Origin: Candidatus Latescibacterota bacterium
GTDB taxonomy: Bacteria > Latescibacterota > UBA2968 > UBA8231
DNA length: 64,000 bases
Assembly: GCA_965248265.1 (NCBI GenBank)
Contig: CBDFJF010000001.1
Span: 2,432,001-2,496,000 of the forward strand
Direction: 5' to 3'
Positions 17,680 to 27,800 of the stretch are shown here, in pieces (position 1 is the first letter of the stretch; each line of letters opens with the position of its first letter). The position numbers and the translations under genes were made by a program. The notes under the pieces were generated by a model. The model saw only the letters and a program-made list of their open reading frames with translations. It did not search any database and was not told where the DNA came from.

Positions 17680-20004
17680 TTACGATCCGGCTGCTAACGA
17701 CTGGCTCTCGCCTGATGCCTTTTGCGCCAAGGCCGTGACCACGCGGTCCGGACGCATCGGCAACTCACACAGCTCTATGCCCACGGCGTTGCGGATGGCA
17801 GCACTGATCGCGGCCGGTGGTGGCGCGATGTTCGCCTCTCCAACCCCGCGCACGCCATACGGGTGTCCGGGGTTGGGAACCTCGACGATGACGGTGTCGA
17901 TCATGGGCAGGTCCAGGGACGTCGGAATTCGGTAGTCGAGGTAGGTCGAGTTGGCCATACGCCCCTCATCGGTGTAGAAGTATTCCTCGTTGAGGGCCCA
18001 ACCAATGCCCTGAACGGATCCACCCTGCATCTGGCCTTCCACGTAGCTGGGGTGGATGGCCTTGCCAGCATCCTGGATGGCCGTAAACCGCAGGATATCC
18101 ACCTTGCCGGTTTCGGGATCGACCTCGACATCGACAATGTTGGCGGCGAAGGATCCGCCCACACCGGCGTCCGGATCGACCGTACCCCTGCCGACGACAG
18201 GTCCACCAGTACCATCCAGCTTACCTGCCAGTTCCTTGAAGGATAAACGCTTTGACGAGTCGCCGGTGTGACAATAGGAGCCGTCTTTGTACTCCACCTT
18301 GTCCACCTCTGTTTCCCACACCTTGGCAGCGCGCTCAATCATCTGTCGCTTGACATCCTGTGCCGCCTCGTACGCCGCCCACCCGGTCGCATAGGTCGTA
18401 CGCGAGCCGCCGGTTACGTCGGTGTAACCGATGCCACTGGTATCGGTGACGGTTGGGTTGATGTCTTCGGCCGCCAGTCCAAGCGCTTCGGCAAACTGCA
18501 TGGCGATGGAGGTCCGCGTGCCACCGATGTCGGTCGAGCCTTCGACCAGATGAACCGTGCCATCCGTGTTGACGCTGGCGACGACGCTCGATTTCAGCCC
18601 CACGTTGAACCAGTAGCCAAGGGCGAATCCTCGACCCCGATTGGGACCTTCCAGTGGCGCTGAGTAATGAGCATGCTCCTTGGCGACCTCGAGGGTTTCC
18701 TTGCAACCGATACGCGGGTAGACGACGCCGTCCGTGCGCCTGGTGCCCTCCACGGCGGAATTCTTGAGCCGAAAATCTATCGGGTCCAGGCCGAGCTTTT
18801 CTGCCAACGCATCCATGACCTTCTCGGTAGCGAAGGCAACCTGGGTTGAACCCGGAGCCCTGTAGGCGAAGCTGCGCGGTTTGTTGACGACCACGTCATA
18901 GCAGTCGATGAAGCCGTTGGGAATGTCGTAGCAGGCGAGCACGCACATGGCAGCGGCCCCGACCAGACCGCCGGGATAGGCGCCCGATTCGAAGGCGATA
19001 TAGGCGTCGGCTGCCGTGAGCTTCCCGGAGCTATCGGCGCCCATCTTCACGCGCACGTACGAACCGGGTGTAGGCCCAGTGCTCTCGAACACATCCGCCC
19101 TCGTCATCCCCATTTTAACCGGCTGTGCCGTCTTCTTGGACAACAGCGCTGCTGCGGGCTCGAGGTACACGGGGATCTTGCCACCGAAACCACCGCCGAT
19201 TTCCTGGGGCACGACCTTGACCTTCGATACCGGTATACCCAGGACCGCGGCAGCCTGCTTTTGTGTCGTAAAGGAACCCTGGGTGCTGCACCAGATGGTC
19301 AGCTGGCCGTCGGCCGTCCACATGGCCGTGCCGTTCTGCGGCTCGATGTAGCCCTGATGCACGGTCGCCGTGTCCACTTCGAACTCGGCCACCACGTCGG
19401 CCTCGGCGAAGCCCTTGTCCAGGTCACCCAACTTGTGTTGGAAGTGAGAGGCGATGTTGCTGACTCGGCCTGTGTCTTCGCCAAACTCCTGCGTCGTCAT
19501 GTCCTCGTGCAATTGCGGCGCGCCCTCCTTCATCGCATCGTGCACGTTGACCGCTGGCGGCAGCACTTCGTAATCCACCTGTATCAAGTCGAGCGCTTCT
19601 TCGGCGACGTGAAGACTGGTTGCGGCGACCGCGGCAACCGGGTGCCCTTTGTAGAGCACCTTGTCGGAGGCAAGAACATTGTCGCGCATGAATTTGACGC
19701 GGGCCGGTCCCTCCCCCAGGTCGATGATTTCGTCAGGACGTGTGGCGGGAAAATCCTTGGCCGTCACGACAGCGCGAACGCCCTCCAATGCCTCGGCCTT
19801 GCTGGTGTCGATCGACCGGATTTTGGCGTGGGCGTGTGGACTGCGCAGGACCTGGCCGTAGAGCATTCTCGGAAAGGTCACATCAGCTCCATAGACCGCC
19901 CGACCGGTGACCTTGTCGGTGCCGTCGTGGCGAATCGGACGCGTACCGAGGACCTTGTACTGCCCGTTCCCGAAGTTCTTGATCTGTCCGTGGCTCGATG
20001 ACAT
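17680..20004 (-). CDS. Xanthine dehydrogenase-family molybdopterin-binding large subunit (CoxL/CutL-like, not CO dehydrogenase)
   Basis: KVTGRAVY, RSPHAHA, GGGFGGK, AYRAPG, VEGQMQGG, GVRGVGE. Confidence 0.9.
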   Translation of the reverse strand: MSSSHGQIKNFGNGQYKVLGTRPIRHDGTDKVTGRAVYGADVTFPRMLYGQVLRSPHAHAKIRSIDTSKAEALEGVRAVVTAKDFPATRPDEIIDLGEGPARVKFMRDNVLASDKVLYKGHPVAAVAATSLHVAEEALDLIQVDYEVLPPAVNVHDAMKEGAPQLHEDMTTQEFGEDTGRVSNIASHFQHKLGDLDKGFAEADVVAEFEVDTATVHQGYIEPQNGTAMWTADGQLTIWCSTQGSFTTQKQAAAVLGIPVSKVKVVPQEIGGGFGGKIPVYLEPAAALLSKKTAQPVKMGMTRADVFESTGPTPGSYVRVKMGADSSGKLTAADAYIAFESGAYPGGLVGAAAMCVLACYDIPNGFIDCYDVVVNKPRSFAYRAPGSTQVAFATEKVMDALAEKLGLDPIDFRLKNSAVEGTRRTDGVVYPRIGCKETLEVAKEHAHYSAPLEGPNRGRGFALGYWFNVGLKSSVVASVNTDGTVHLVEGSTDIGGTRTSIAMQFAEALGLAAEDINPTVTDTSGIGYTDVTGGSRTTYATGWAAYEAAQDVKRQMIERAAKVWETEVDKVEYKDGSYCHTGDSSKRLSFKELAGKLDGTGGPVVGRGTVDPDAGVGGSFAANIVDVEVDPETGKVDILRFTAIQDAGKAIHPSYVEGQMQGGSVQGIGWALNEEYFYTDEGRMANSTYLDYRIPTSLDLPMIDTVIVEVPNPGHPYGVRGVGEANIAPPPAAISAAIRNAVGIELCELPMRPDRVVTALAQKASGESQSLAAGS

Positions 20005-20071
20005 GGCTACCCCCTGCTGTTGTTAGCCCTGATATCAGGGCAATCACTGTTTGTGATCTGGGCTGACACCA

Positions 20072-20536
20072 TTAACCTGCGGCGTCCAGTACCGCGCGGA
20101 CAATCTTGTCGTATCCAGTGCAGCGACACAGATTGCCTGCCAGCCAGTGCCTGACTTCATGCTCGCTCGGGTTGGGATTGCGATCGAGCAGGGCCTTGCT
20201 CGCCACCAGGAACCCCGGCGTGCAAATGCCGCACTGCAACCCGGCATGCTCGAGGAACTTCTGCTGCAGCGGATGCAGCTTGTCCGGCTTGGCCAGCCCC
20301 TCGACCGAGGTGATCTCCTTACCCTCGGCCTCCACCGCCATCACCAGACACGAATCCACAAGCACGCCATCCACGATAACGCTGCAGGCCCCGCAGTTGC
20401 CGTCGTTGCACCCCTCCTTGGTCCCCGTAAACCCCAGCTCCTCGCGCAAAACCTCTAGCAGACTCTGCCGCGGCTCACACAAGAAATCCGTCTCTTCACC
20501 ATTAATAACACAACTGACCTGAGTCTTCGCACTCAT
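20072..20536 (-). CDS. (2Fe-2S)-binding small subunit (CoxS/CutS-like)
   Basis: GTKEGCNDGNCGACSV, QCGICTPG, GNLCRCTGY. Confidence 0.92.
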   Translation of the reverse strand: MSAKTQVSCVINGEETDFLCEPRQSLLEVLREELGFTGTKEGCNDGNCGACSVIVDGVLVDSCLVMAVEAEGKEITSVEGLAKPDKLHPLQQKFLEHAGLQCGICTPGFLVASKALLDRNPNPSEHEVRHWLAGNLCRCTGYDKIVRAVLDAAG

Positions 20537-20636
20537 TCTCAATCCACCTTTTCTATATGACTAATCTCAATTTGCAGCAGTTCTCAGCCCTATCGGTTAG
20601 TCTTCACTTATTCGCACATATGGAAGCTCAGCTGGC

Positions 20637-20712
20637 GAAGGAGTTTCGCAGCACTGCGACTACTCCTTCCAAGCGGCTCCACCTCCTCAGGAGTTTCGCA
20701 AAGCGAAACTCC
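20637..20712. repeat. Two related REP-like palindromes in the coxM-coxS spacer
   Basis: GAAGGAGTTTCGCA-gcac-TGCGACTACTCCTTC (20637-20669) and GGAGTTTCGC-aaa-GCGAAACTCC (20690-20712). Confidence 0.6.
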
Positions 20713-20725
20713 GAAAGAGTCGCCC

Positions 20726-21637
20726 TCAGGGCGACTCTTCCACGGCATTGGCCACAAACTCCCCACGAGCTCGCTTCACAGCCCCATGCAGCGCCCGCTT
20801 CGTCAGCACTCCAACCAGGTGGGTGCGAAACTCCGCCGGCCCGCGCATATCGGAAATCGGCTTGGCCGCCGCTTTCGCCGCTTCGGCCGCGGCCTCGATG
20901 TTTTCATCCGAGACCGCCTGCCCCGTCAACATGTCACCCGCTGCCTGGGCGAACACGGGAGTCGGCGCCACAGAGGCCAGACCAATGCGCGCCAACTTGA
21001 AGGTCTGCGACTTGCCGCGGCCGCCCAACTCTACGTATGCGCCGGAGCCTACGACGGCGATATCCATTTCATTTCTGGGGATGAAGCGCAGATAGTGAGC
21101 CCCTGCGTTCTTGCGGTTGGCCGGCAGCTTGATCGATACCAGCAACTCGTCCGCAGCAAGGCAAGTCTGCCCGGGCGCGGTGCAAACGTCCTCGACGGGC
21201 AGTCTGCGCTTGCCATTGGGTCCGACGATCTCACATTGCGCGCTGTAGGCGATCAAGATCGGGATGGTGTCCGCCGAAGGCGCCGCGTTGCACAGATTGC
21301 CGCCTACCGAGGCGCGACCCTGGATCTGGATTCCGCCGATTATGGAGGCCGTGTCGATCAAACCCGGGTAGCGCTCCACGACTTCGGCGTTTTCATACAG
21401 CGTATGGCACGGCACGGCGGCCCCGATGACGAGGCCTCGCCGCGGGCTGAATGACAGCTCGTTGAGCTCGGGGATGTTCTTGATATCCACGACACGTTGA
21501 GGTTGTCGTCTGCCGATGCGCATCTGCACGATCAGGTCCGTGCCACCGGCCAGCACTCTGGCCTCTTTCCCGTTGGCCCCGAGCGCCTTGACTGCCTCGC
21601 GCACCGTTTTTGGGGCAACGTATTCGAAATTTTTCAA
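20726..21637 (-). CDS. FAD-binding medium subunit (CoxM/CutM-like)
   Basis: FEYVAP, LAGGTDL, IQIQGRASVGGNLCNAAPSAD, PISDMRG. Confidence 0.9.
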   Translation of the reverse strand: MKNFEYVAPKTVREAVKALGANGKEARVLAGGTDLIVQMRIGRRQPQRVVDIKNIPELNELSFSPRRGLVIGAAVPCHTLYENAEVVERYPGLIDTASIIGGIQIQGRASVGGNLCNAAPSADTIPILIAYSAQCEIVGPNGKRRLPVEDVCTAPGQTCLAADELLVSIKLPANRKNAGAHYLRFIPRNEMDIAVVGSGAYVELGGRGKSQTFKLARIGLASVAPTPVFAQAAGDMLTGQAVSDENIEAAAEAAKAAAKPISDMRGPAEFRTHLVGVLTKRALHGAVKRARGEFVANAVEESP

Positions 21638-21822
21638 AGAGATTTCCTCGCTTCGATTTGCTCACGTGTTCATGACCCCTGGCGCAGTGATGCTGCCCGG
21701 AGCTGGTCCGCATTGAGCTTGGTTGGAGGCAGGTCGATCGGAGCCATCCCGACCCGTCCACAGAGGACATATTTTCGCCACGGGCCCACCGGGCGTCAAG
21801 GAGGACCTGCCACTCCCGCAAA

Positions 21823-24800
21823 TCAGCTCCCCGGCTGCAACCCCGTGTGCTCAGCATCGGAGTGTCCGATCAGCGGCTGGCGCATGATGCCGAAACGTTG
21901 AAGCGCCAGATCCAACAGCTTCATGGCCGTGGGAACCCCGACCAGGATGATTACAGTGGCGAACAAAATACCGAAGCCGAGGCTCACGGCCATCGGAATC
22001 AGGAATTGCGCCTGCAGGCTCGTCTCCAGCATCATTGGCAACAGGGCGAAGAAAGTGGTCATAGAGGTCAGAAAAATGGGCCGGAAGCGTTGACGGCCGG
22101 CCTCTACCAGGGCTTCATCCACGGGCATGCCGTCGTCTCGCAGCTGGTTATAGAAGGTCAGCAGAATCAACGAGTCGTTGACGACGACGCCGGACAGAGC
22201 GACGATCCCGAACATGCTCAACATCGCCAGATCGAGCCCCATCAAAACGTGGCCCCAAACCGCTCCGATCATGCCGAAGGGAATCGCGCTCATGACGACC
22301 AGAGGCTGCAGGTAGGATCGGAAGGGGATCGCCAGCAACGCGAAAATGACCAACATGGCCACGGCGAAGCCCTTTCCCAGACTGTCGAAGGAGTCGGCGC
22401 GCTCGCGCTGTTCTCCCTCGTAGCTGTAGCGCAATCCGGGATAGTCCTGCAACAGCTGCGGCAGAAATTCATCCGCAAGTGCCCGGTTGATCTCGTCGGC
22501 GTTGGCGACTTTCTCATCGACGTCCGCTTTCACGCTGACCACCCGCTGCCCGTCGGTGCGCGCGATCGAGGCATATCCGTAGCCGATGGAAACCTCCGCC
22601 ACGTGGGAGAAGGCGACCTCGGCCCCGATAGGGGTACGGACTCTCATGCGCTCGATATCGGCGATGCTCTGCCGTTGGGCCTCCGGATAGCGGACCATCA
22701 CTCGCACATCGTCACGGCCTCGCTGCAGACGCAGGGCCTGGGCTCCGTAAAACCCCTCTCGTACCTGGCGGGCGAGATCGGCCATGGTCAGCCCAAGGGT
22801 CCGGGCTTGAGGCTTCAGCTGAAGCTTCATCTCCAGCTTGCCCTCCTGGAAGCTGTCTTGTACGTCCGTGGTTCCGGGATAGCGGGAAATCTCTGTTTTC
22901 ACCCGCTCGACGGCCTGCAAAAGTTGCGGAAAGTCATCCGAGGCCAGTTGTACGTCGATCGGATTGCCCACACTGAAGATGGTGGCGCTGAAGGTGATAG
23001 ACTCGGTACCGGACACCTCGCCGAGCTGTTCGCGTACCCGCGTCGCCATCTCTGTACTGGGGATTCCCCTCTCTTCCGACGGCAGCAACTCGATCGTGAT
23101 CTCGGCCAGGTGAGCCTCGCCGACCCCGCCACCGCTAGATCGAAACTGGCTGTTCCTGCCCATGGGTTGGTCTCCGATGAGGCTGAAGACGTTCCGGTAC
23201 ACGGAAGGTTCGTCTGGCCCGCGCAGCGCGTCGTACTCCTCACGCACCTCAATCGCGGCCGCTTCGATACGCTCGATCACGGACCGGGTCTGATCGACTG
23301 TCGTTCCTTGGGGCATGACGACGGCGATGGTGAGCCAGTCGGAGTCGATGGACGGCATGAACACGAACTTGATGTGGCCCCCAGCAATCCAGCCGAAGGT
23401 GACCAACATCAAGGCGAACGCCGCGGCAACGGAAATGGCAGGGCGCCTCACGGTGGCGCGCGCAACCGGCGTATAATGGTTTTCGATGAATTGTCTGAGA
23501 TAGCTGTTGGCCCGCGCCGCGACGGCTTCATGCAGACGCAGCGGCCAGCCGAATAGCTTGCCCATCAGACCGGCAGCCACCCCGGGAGGCGACGACAGAT
23601 GGGCCGGCAGTATGAACAGCGCTTCGACTAGGGACAGAATCAGAACAGACACCACGATGATGGGTATGACGATCATGAACTTTCCCATCATGCCGTCGAC
23701 GAACGCCAGAGGCATGAAGGCGGCTATCGAGGTCAGGATCGTGAACACGACCGGCTTGCCCACTTCCACGGTGCCGTCGACGGCTGCCCGCACCAGATCC
23801 TTCCCCCGTTCACGGTGCGCGAACACGTTCTCCCCAACAACGATGGCATCGTCGACGACGATACCCAGGGCCACGATGAAGGCGAACAGGGACAACATGT
23901 TGATGGAGACATCGAATGGCTGGATCAGCAGAAAGCTGCCGAGAAACGAAATCGGGATCCCCATCATCACCCAGAAGGCCAGTCGAATATCCAGAAACAG
24001 ACTCAGACCGATGAACACCAGCACCAAACCGAGCCGGGCATTGCGCAACAGCAGATCGAGACGGCTGCGCAGTATGCGCGCATCATCACGCACGTACTCG
24101 ATGCTGATGCCGGCCGGCATGAAATCCTTGGCCTCCCCTTCGACGTAGGCTTTGACCGTATCGGAGATCTCAAGTGAACTCTGGTCTCCCGTGCGAAACA
24201 CCTGGATGACAGCCGCTGGATAGCCATTGAAGCGGCTGATTAAATCGCTGTCCTCGAATCCGTCCACGACATCGGCGATCTCACCGAGCCGCAACGCCGT
24301 ACCATCGGGACGCGTGAGCACGACGATGTCCTCGTACTCGGAGCCGTCATACTTCAATCCCTGTGTGCGTACGAGCACCTCGCCATCGTTGCCCCGCACA
24401 CTGCCGCCGGGAAGGTCCAGGCTGGTCCGGCGCACGGCGTCGGCCACTCCGCCTATCGTGATGCCGTGGCGTCGAAGTGCTTTCTCCGAGACTTCGACTG
24501 CAATCTCGTCGATGCGCACCCCCAGTAACTCTACCTTGGAAATGCCATCCCGTCCGCGCAGGTCGTCCCGCACCTGCTCGGCCGCCGTTTTCAGGGCTGA
24601 TTCAGAAACGTTTCCGAAGACGACCACGTCGACGACGCGATTGGTACGAATGAGTTCCTTGATCACGGGCTTTTCAGTTTCTACCGGAAAAGTCTCGATG
24701 CGATCGATTTCGTTCTTAATGTCATCGACCAGCTTGTCCATCTCCTCGCCGAGCTCCAACTCGACACTTACTACCCCCATCCCCTCACTTGCCGTTGACC

Positions 24801-25044
24801 GAATCTTGCGCACACCTTCCATGCCTTCGAGGCGCTCCTCGATTCGCCGGCAAACCCCCTCCTCCACGTCCTCGGGGCTGGCGCCCAGGTAAGGCACCTG
24901 AATCTGGACTGTGTCGAGCTCGATCTCGGGAAAAGTCTCGATCGTCATGCTGGCGATACCCAATGCACCGGTCATCAGCACGAAGACCATCAGCAGATTG
25001 GCAGCGACGTGATTTCGCGCCATCCAGGCGACTGGTTTCTTCAT
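21823..25044 (-). CDS. AcrB/AcrD/AcrF-family RND efflux permease
   Basis: NHVAANLLM, GIVVDDAIVVGEN, GVVVNDS, RFRPIFLTS, QAQFLIPMA. Confidence 0.93.
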   Translation of the reverse strand: MKKPVAWMARNHVAANLLMVFVLMTGALGIASMTIETFPEIELDTVQIQVPYLGASPEDVEEGVCRRIEERLEGMEGVRKIRSTASEGMGVVSVELELGEEMDKLVDDIKNEIDRIETFPVETEKPVIKELIRTNRVVDVVVFGNVSESALKTAAEQVRDDLRGRDGISKVELLGVRIDEIAVEVSEKALRRHGITIGGVADAVRRTSLDLPGGSVRGNDGEVLVRTQGLKYDGSEYEDIVVLTRPDGTALRLGEIADVVDGFEDSDLISRFNGYPAAVIQVFRTGDQSSLEISDTVKAYVEGEAKDFMPAGISIEYVRDDARILRSRLDLLLRNARLGLVLVFIGLSLFLDIRLAFWVMMGIPISFLGSFLLIQPFDVSINMLSLFAFIVALGIVVDDAIVVGENVFAHRERGKDLVRAAVDGTVEVGKPVVFTILTSIAAFMPLAFVDGMMGKFMIVIPIIVVSVLILSLVEALFILPAHLSSPPGVAAGLMGKLFGWPLRLHEAVAARANSYLRQFIENHYTPVARATVRRPAISVAAAFALMLVTFGWIAGGHIKFVFMPSIDSDWLTIAVVMPQGTTVDQTRSVIERIEAAAIEVREEYDALRGPDEPSVYRNVFSLIGDQPMGRNSQFRSSGGGVGEAHLAEITIELLPSEERGIPSTEMATRVREQLGEVSGTESITFSATIFSVGNPIDVQLASDDFPQLLQAVERVKTEISRYPGTTDVQDSFQEGKLEMKLQLKPQARTLGLTMADLARQVREGFYGAQALRLQRGRDDVRVMVRYPEAQRQSIADIERMRVRTPIGAEVAFSHVAEVSIGYGYASIARTDGQRVVSVKADVDEKVANADEINRALADEFLPQLLQDYPGLRYSYEGEQRERADSFDSLGKGFAVAMLVIFALLAIPFRSYLQPLVVMSAIPFGMIGAVWGHVLMGLDLAMLSMFGIVALSGVVVNDSLILLTFYNQLRDDGMPVDEALVEAGRQRFRPIFLTSMTTFFALLPMMLETSLQAQFLIPMAVSLGFGILFATVIILVGVPTAMKLLDLALQRFGIMRQPLIGHSDAEHTGLQPGS

Positions 25045-26354
25045 CGCTGACTGTCCCTCCCCCGATCTTCCTCAAGACGGACCTTCATGCCATCGGTCGC
25101 TCCCTTCAGTCTGGACACGATGACCCGCTCGTCAGCCTCCTCCAAGTCGACGCGGATCAGGACGTCATCGATTCCCTTGCGTACCACCTCGACCGGGCGC
25201 ACCCGCAGGACACCGTCACCTCCAGACGTCCAAACCACGTCATCCGGACGCAGTGCCACGCGAGGAATCCGACGGATCCCGTCGACTGCGCGACCGCGGA
25301 TGGCGACGTCGACGAAGAGTCCCACCGGCGGCTCCACCGCGGCATCATGTGATTGTCCGCCCACTTCGACGACGAGGTGCGCCATGCGGCTCTGCGGATC
25401 CAGCTCCGCCTCAGCGCGTGCTACCTGACCATTCCATTCGTAATGCTGGCCACCGTACTCGGCGCTCACGATCGCCTGCGATGGTTGATGGGCCGGATGC
25501 GGCGGCCCCTCGGTCCCGCCTCTACCGTGCACGTGCGTCCCCATGCTGTTGGTCCCGGTGTCCACGGCTTCCGGGATGGGCAAGGTGATCCATTGGAGAT
25601 CCTCATCAGGGATCGGGACGACGATCTCTGCTTTGTGAATGCTGTAGAGCCTGGCCACGGGCTGTCCGGCATGCACGTATTGCGCCTCATCCAGGCTGGT
25701 CTGCCTGACCCGACCGTCGAAAGGGGCGTGAAGCTTGGTACGTTCCAGCCGCAAGCCAGCCTCGGCAACACGCGCCCTCGCGGACAACACTCTGGCTTCT
25801 GCCGCCCGTAGCTGAGGTATGTGCAAGACCAAAGGTTCGGGAGACGACCCAGGAGGACGTCCATCCAACGCTGTCCCTTCCTTTGCGGTCACCAGAGCCC
25901 ATTCAGCCTTGGCGACCTTGGCCTCGCCGACGGCGATTTCCATTCCATAGGCCGCCTGCGCGAGTTCGGCTTCGGCGGCCTGTACCGCCAGCTCGTAATC
26001 CCGCGGATCGATCTGCACCAGAAGATCGTCAGCGTTGACGAACCCACCGGACTCCAGATGCGGAGATTTCCATATCACGATTCCAGACACCTGTGGCACC
26101 AGGTCGATCTCCGCCGCCGGCCGGACAGCTCCAAATCCGGTAACCACGACCGGCGTCGAGTGTTCCGGTGCCGCCATCGACTCCACCAGTGGACCCTGGT
26201 AGGGTGTCACGACCTTCTCTGGCGGCTTTTTGGTCATGACCATGGCTGCGAAGACGCCGACCCCGGCAAGAATGATAACAGCCGGAACCAAGAATCTTAG
26301 CACCGCTCCGGCCTTCTTTTCGTCAGGTTGGTCCGATTGAACGGTTTCTGTCAT
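25041..26354 (-). CDS. RND periplasmic adaptor (membrane fusion protein)
   Basis: N-terminal TM anchor, PQVSG, IDPRDY, LERTKLHAPFDG; overlaps permease start. Confidence 0.88.
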   Translation of the reverse strand: MTETVQSDQPDEKKAGAVLRFLVPAVIILAGVGVFAAMVMTKKPPEKVVTPYQGPLVESMAAPEHSTPVVVTGFGAVRPAAEIDLVPQVSGIVIWKSPHLESGGFVNADDLLVQIDPRDYELAVQAAEAELAQAAYGMEIAVGEAKVAKAEWALVTAKEGTALDGRPPGSSPEPLVLHIPQLRAAEARVLSARARVAEAGLRLERTKLHAPFDGRVRQTSLDEAQYVHAGQPVARLYSIHKAEIVVPIPDEDLQWITLPIPEAVDTGTNSMGTHVHGRGGTEGPPHPAHQPSQAIVSAEYGGQHYEWNGQVARAEAELDPQSRMAHLVVEVGGQSHDAAVEPPVGLFVDVAIRGRAVDGIRRIPRVALRPDDVVWTSGGDGVLRVRPVEVVRKGIDDVLIRVDLEEADERVIVSRLKGATDGMKVRLEEDRGRDSQR

Positions 26355-27799
26355 TGCACCTTCGAACCTTGTGAATCGTGTGGTTCCATGTTGCTCGAAA
26401 GGGACTGCTCGAATCCCCCGCCAAGCGCGAGATGAAGATCCAACCTGTTGTCGAGCCGCTGACGACGGACGGCGATGAACCGGCTTTGAGCGTCGAAGGC
26501 ACGGCGCTGGGAATCCAGCATCGTGATCAGATCACTCAGTCCCCGCTGATAGCGATCCTCGGCCAGCCTTCGCGCCGCCAGCGCCTCCTCCGCGGAGATG
26601 GCCAAGGCGGCCTCCTGCAACGCCAGATAGCCTTCTGCAGCCAGCGCCACTTCCACCTCTCCCAGCGCGCGCAGCACGCTTTGGGCGAAAGCGGCTATGG
26701 CTCCGTCGACGTTGGCCTCGGCCATTTCGACACCGCCGCGGAGACGGCCACCCTGAAAAAGTGGCTGGGTCAGATTGGCGGCGAGGTTCCAGACCGAGAA
26801 ATCCCCCTTGAGCAGATCCGCCAGCTCCTCACTGCTGCGGCCGCTGGAGGCTGTGAGGCTGATGCTCGGGTAGAGGGCTCTCCTGGCCTGAACCAGGCGA
26901 GCATCGGCCGCGGCCAGCCGGCGCTCGGCTGCCACCAGATCGGGTCGGCGGCGAATCAACTCAGAGGGCAGACCTACCGGCACTTGCTCGTTCAATTGTG
27001 GGAGTTGAGCACTGGCTCGGAGCGAGGCTCCTGGATATCGGCCCAGGAGAGACTCCAGTTGCCTTCGAGCGAAATCCAGTGTTTGATCCCGCTGATGCAG
27101 CGCCGCTTGTGCGGTGGCCGTCGATGAGCGCCCGAGGCGCAGATCCAGGGACGGCCGCAAACCTCGTTCGTAGCGCTCGCGTATCTGGGCGTAAGCCAAT
27201 CGTTGGTTGTCCAATGTCTCGCGCGCCAGCTCGGCCTGGGTGCGGGCCTCGATCACGGCGAAGTAGCCGCGTGCGGTCTGGGCGGCAAGCGACAAACGGG
27301 CGGCGCGCAGGTCTGCACTCGATGCCATCACCTCGGCGAGAGCTGCTGCCTCCCCCGCTCGCAACCGGCCCCACAGGTCAATCTCCCAGCTCAGATTCAG
27401 ACTGACACCGTTGTTCGTCGTCGTCGATGTTAGGACATCACCCCCGCCGCCTGGAATGGGAAATCCAATGAAATTCTGGCGGCGCCTGGATGTCGTCCCC
27501 GTGGCCTGTAGCTGCGGCCACAGCGGGGCACCGGCGATGCGGGCTTGTGCCGTGGCCGCCGTCATCCTCGAGGCGGCCAACCGCAAGTCCCAGTTGGTGG
27601 TCACGGCTTCGTCAATCAAGGCCAGCAACGTCGAATCGGCCAGATTCGTCCACCACAATGAATCGACCTTTCCGCCTGCATGAACCGTCTGCCAGTTTGA
27701 TGGCAGCTCCCATTCCAGTTGAGGTTCCGTCACCTTTGGGACTGAAGCGCATCCCAGGGCTGCGACGAGGAGAAAGGTGAAGAGCGCGGCTGCGGACAT
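26351..27799 (-). CDS. Efflux outer-membrane lipoprotein (NodT/OprM family)
   Basis: Lipobox ALGC, WW, SWEIDLWGR, GLPSELIRRRPD, LHLALGGG. Confidence 0.9.
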   Translation of the reverse strand: MSAAALFTFLLVAALGCASVPKVTEPQLEWELPSNWQTVHAGGKVDSLWWTNLADSTLLALIDEAVTTNWDLRLAASRMTAATAQARIAGAPLWPQLQATGTTSRRRQNFIGFPIPGGGGDVLTSTTTNNGVSLNLSWEIDLWGRLRAGEAAALAEVMASSADLRAARLSLAAQTARGYFAVIEARTQAELARETLDNQRLAYAQIRERYERGLRPSLDLRLGRSSTATAQAALHQRDQTLDFARRQLESLLGRYPGASLRASAQLPQLNEQVPVGLPSELIRRRPDLVAAERRLAAADARLVQARRALYPSISLTASSGRSSEELADLLKGDFSVWNLAANLTQPLFQGGRLRGGVEMAEANVDGAIAAFAQSVLRALGEVEVALAAEGYLALQEAALAISAEEALAARRLAEDRYQRGLSDLITMLDSQRRAFDAQSRFIAVRRQRLDNRLDLHLALGGGFEQSLSSNMEPHDSQGSKVQ

Positions 27800-27800
27800 C

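Noticed and set aside
17680-20004. Aerobic CO dehydrogenase (coxL) call
   Set aside because: Active-site loop is AYRAPG, not AYxCSFR or AYRGAGR; no coxDEFG accessory genes
21638-21822. Moco riboswitch in the leader of the molybdoenzyme operon
   Set aside because: A hairpin and a TTGACG-17-GAAAAT promoter-like sequence are present, but I cannot match the Moco RNA consensus by eye; an Rfam scan would settle it
21847-23556. 569-aa plus-strand ORF, and many similar long antisense ORFs across the window
   Set aside because: Shadows of real genes on the opposite strand, expected at high GC; no recognisable motifs
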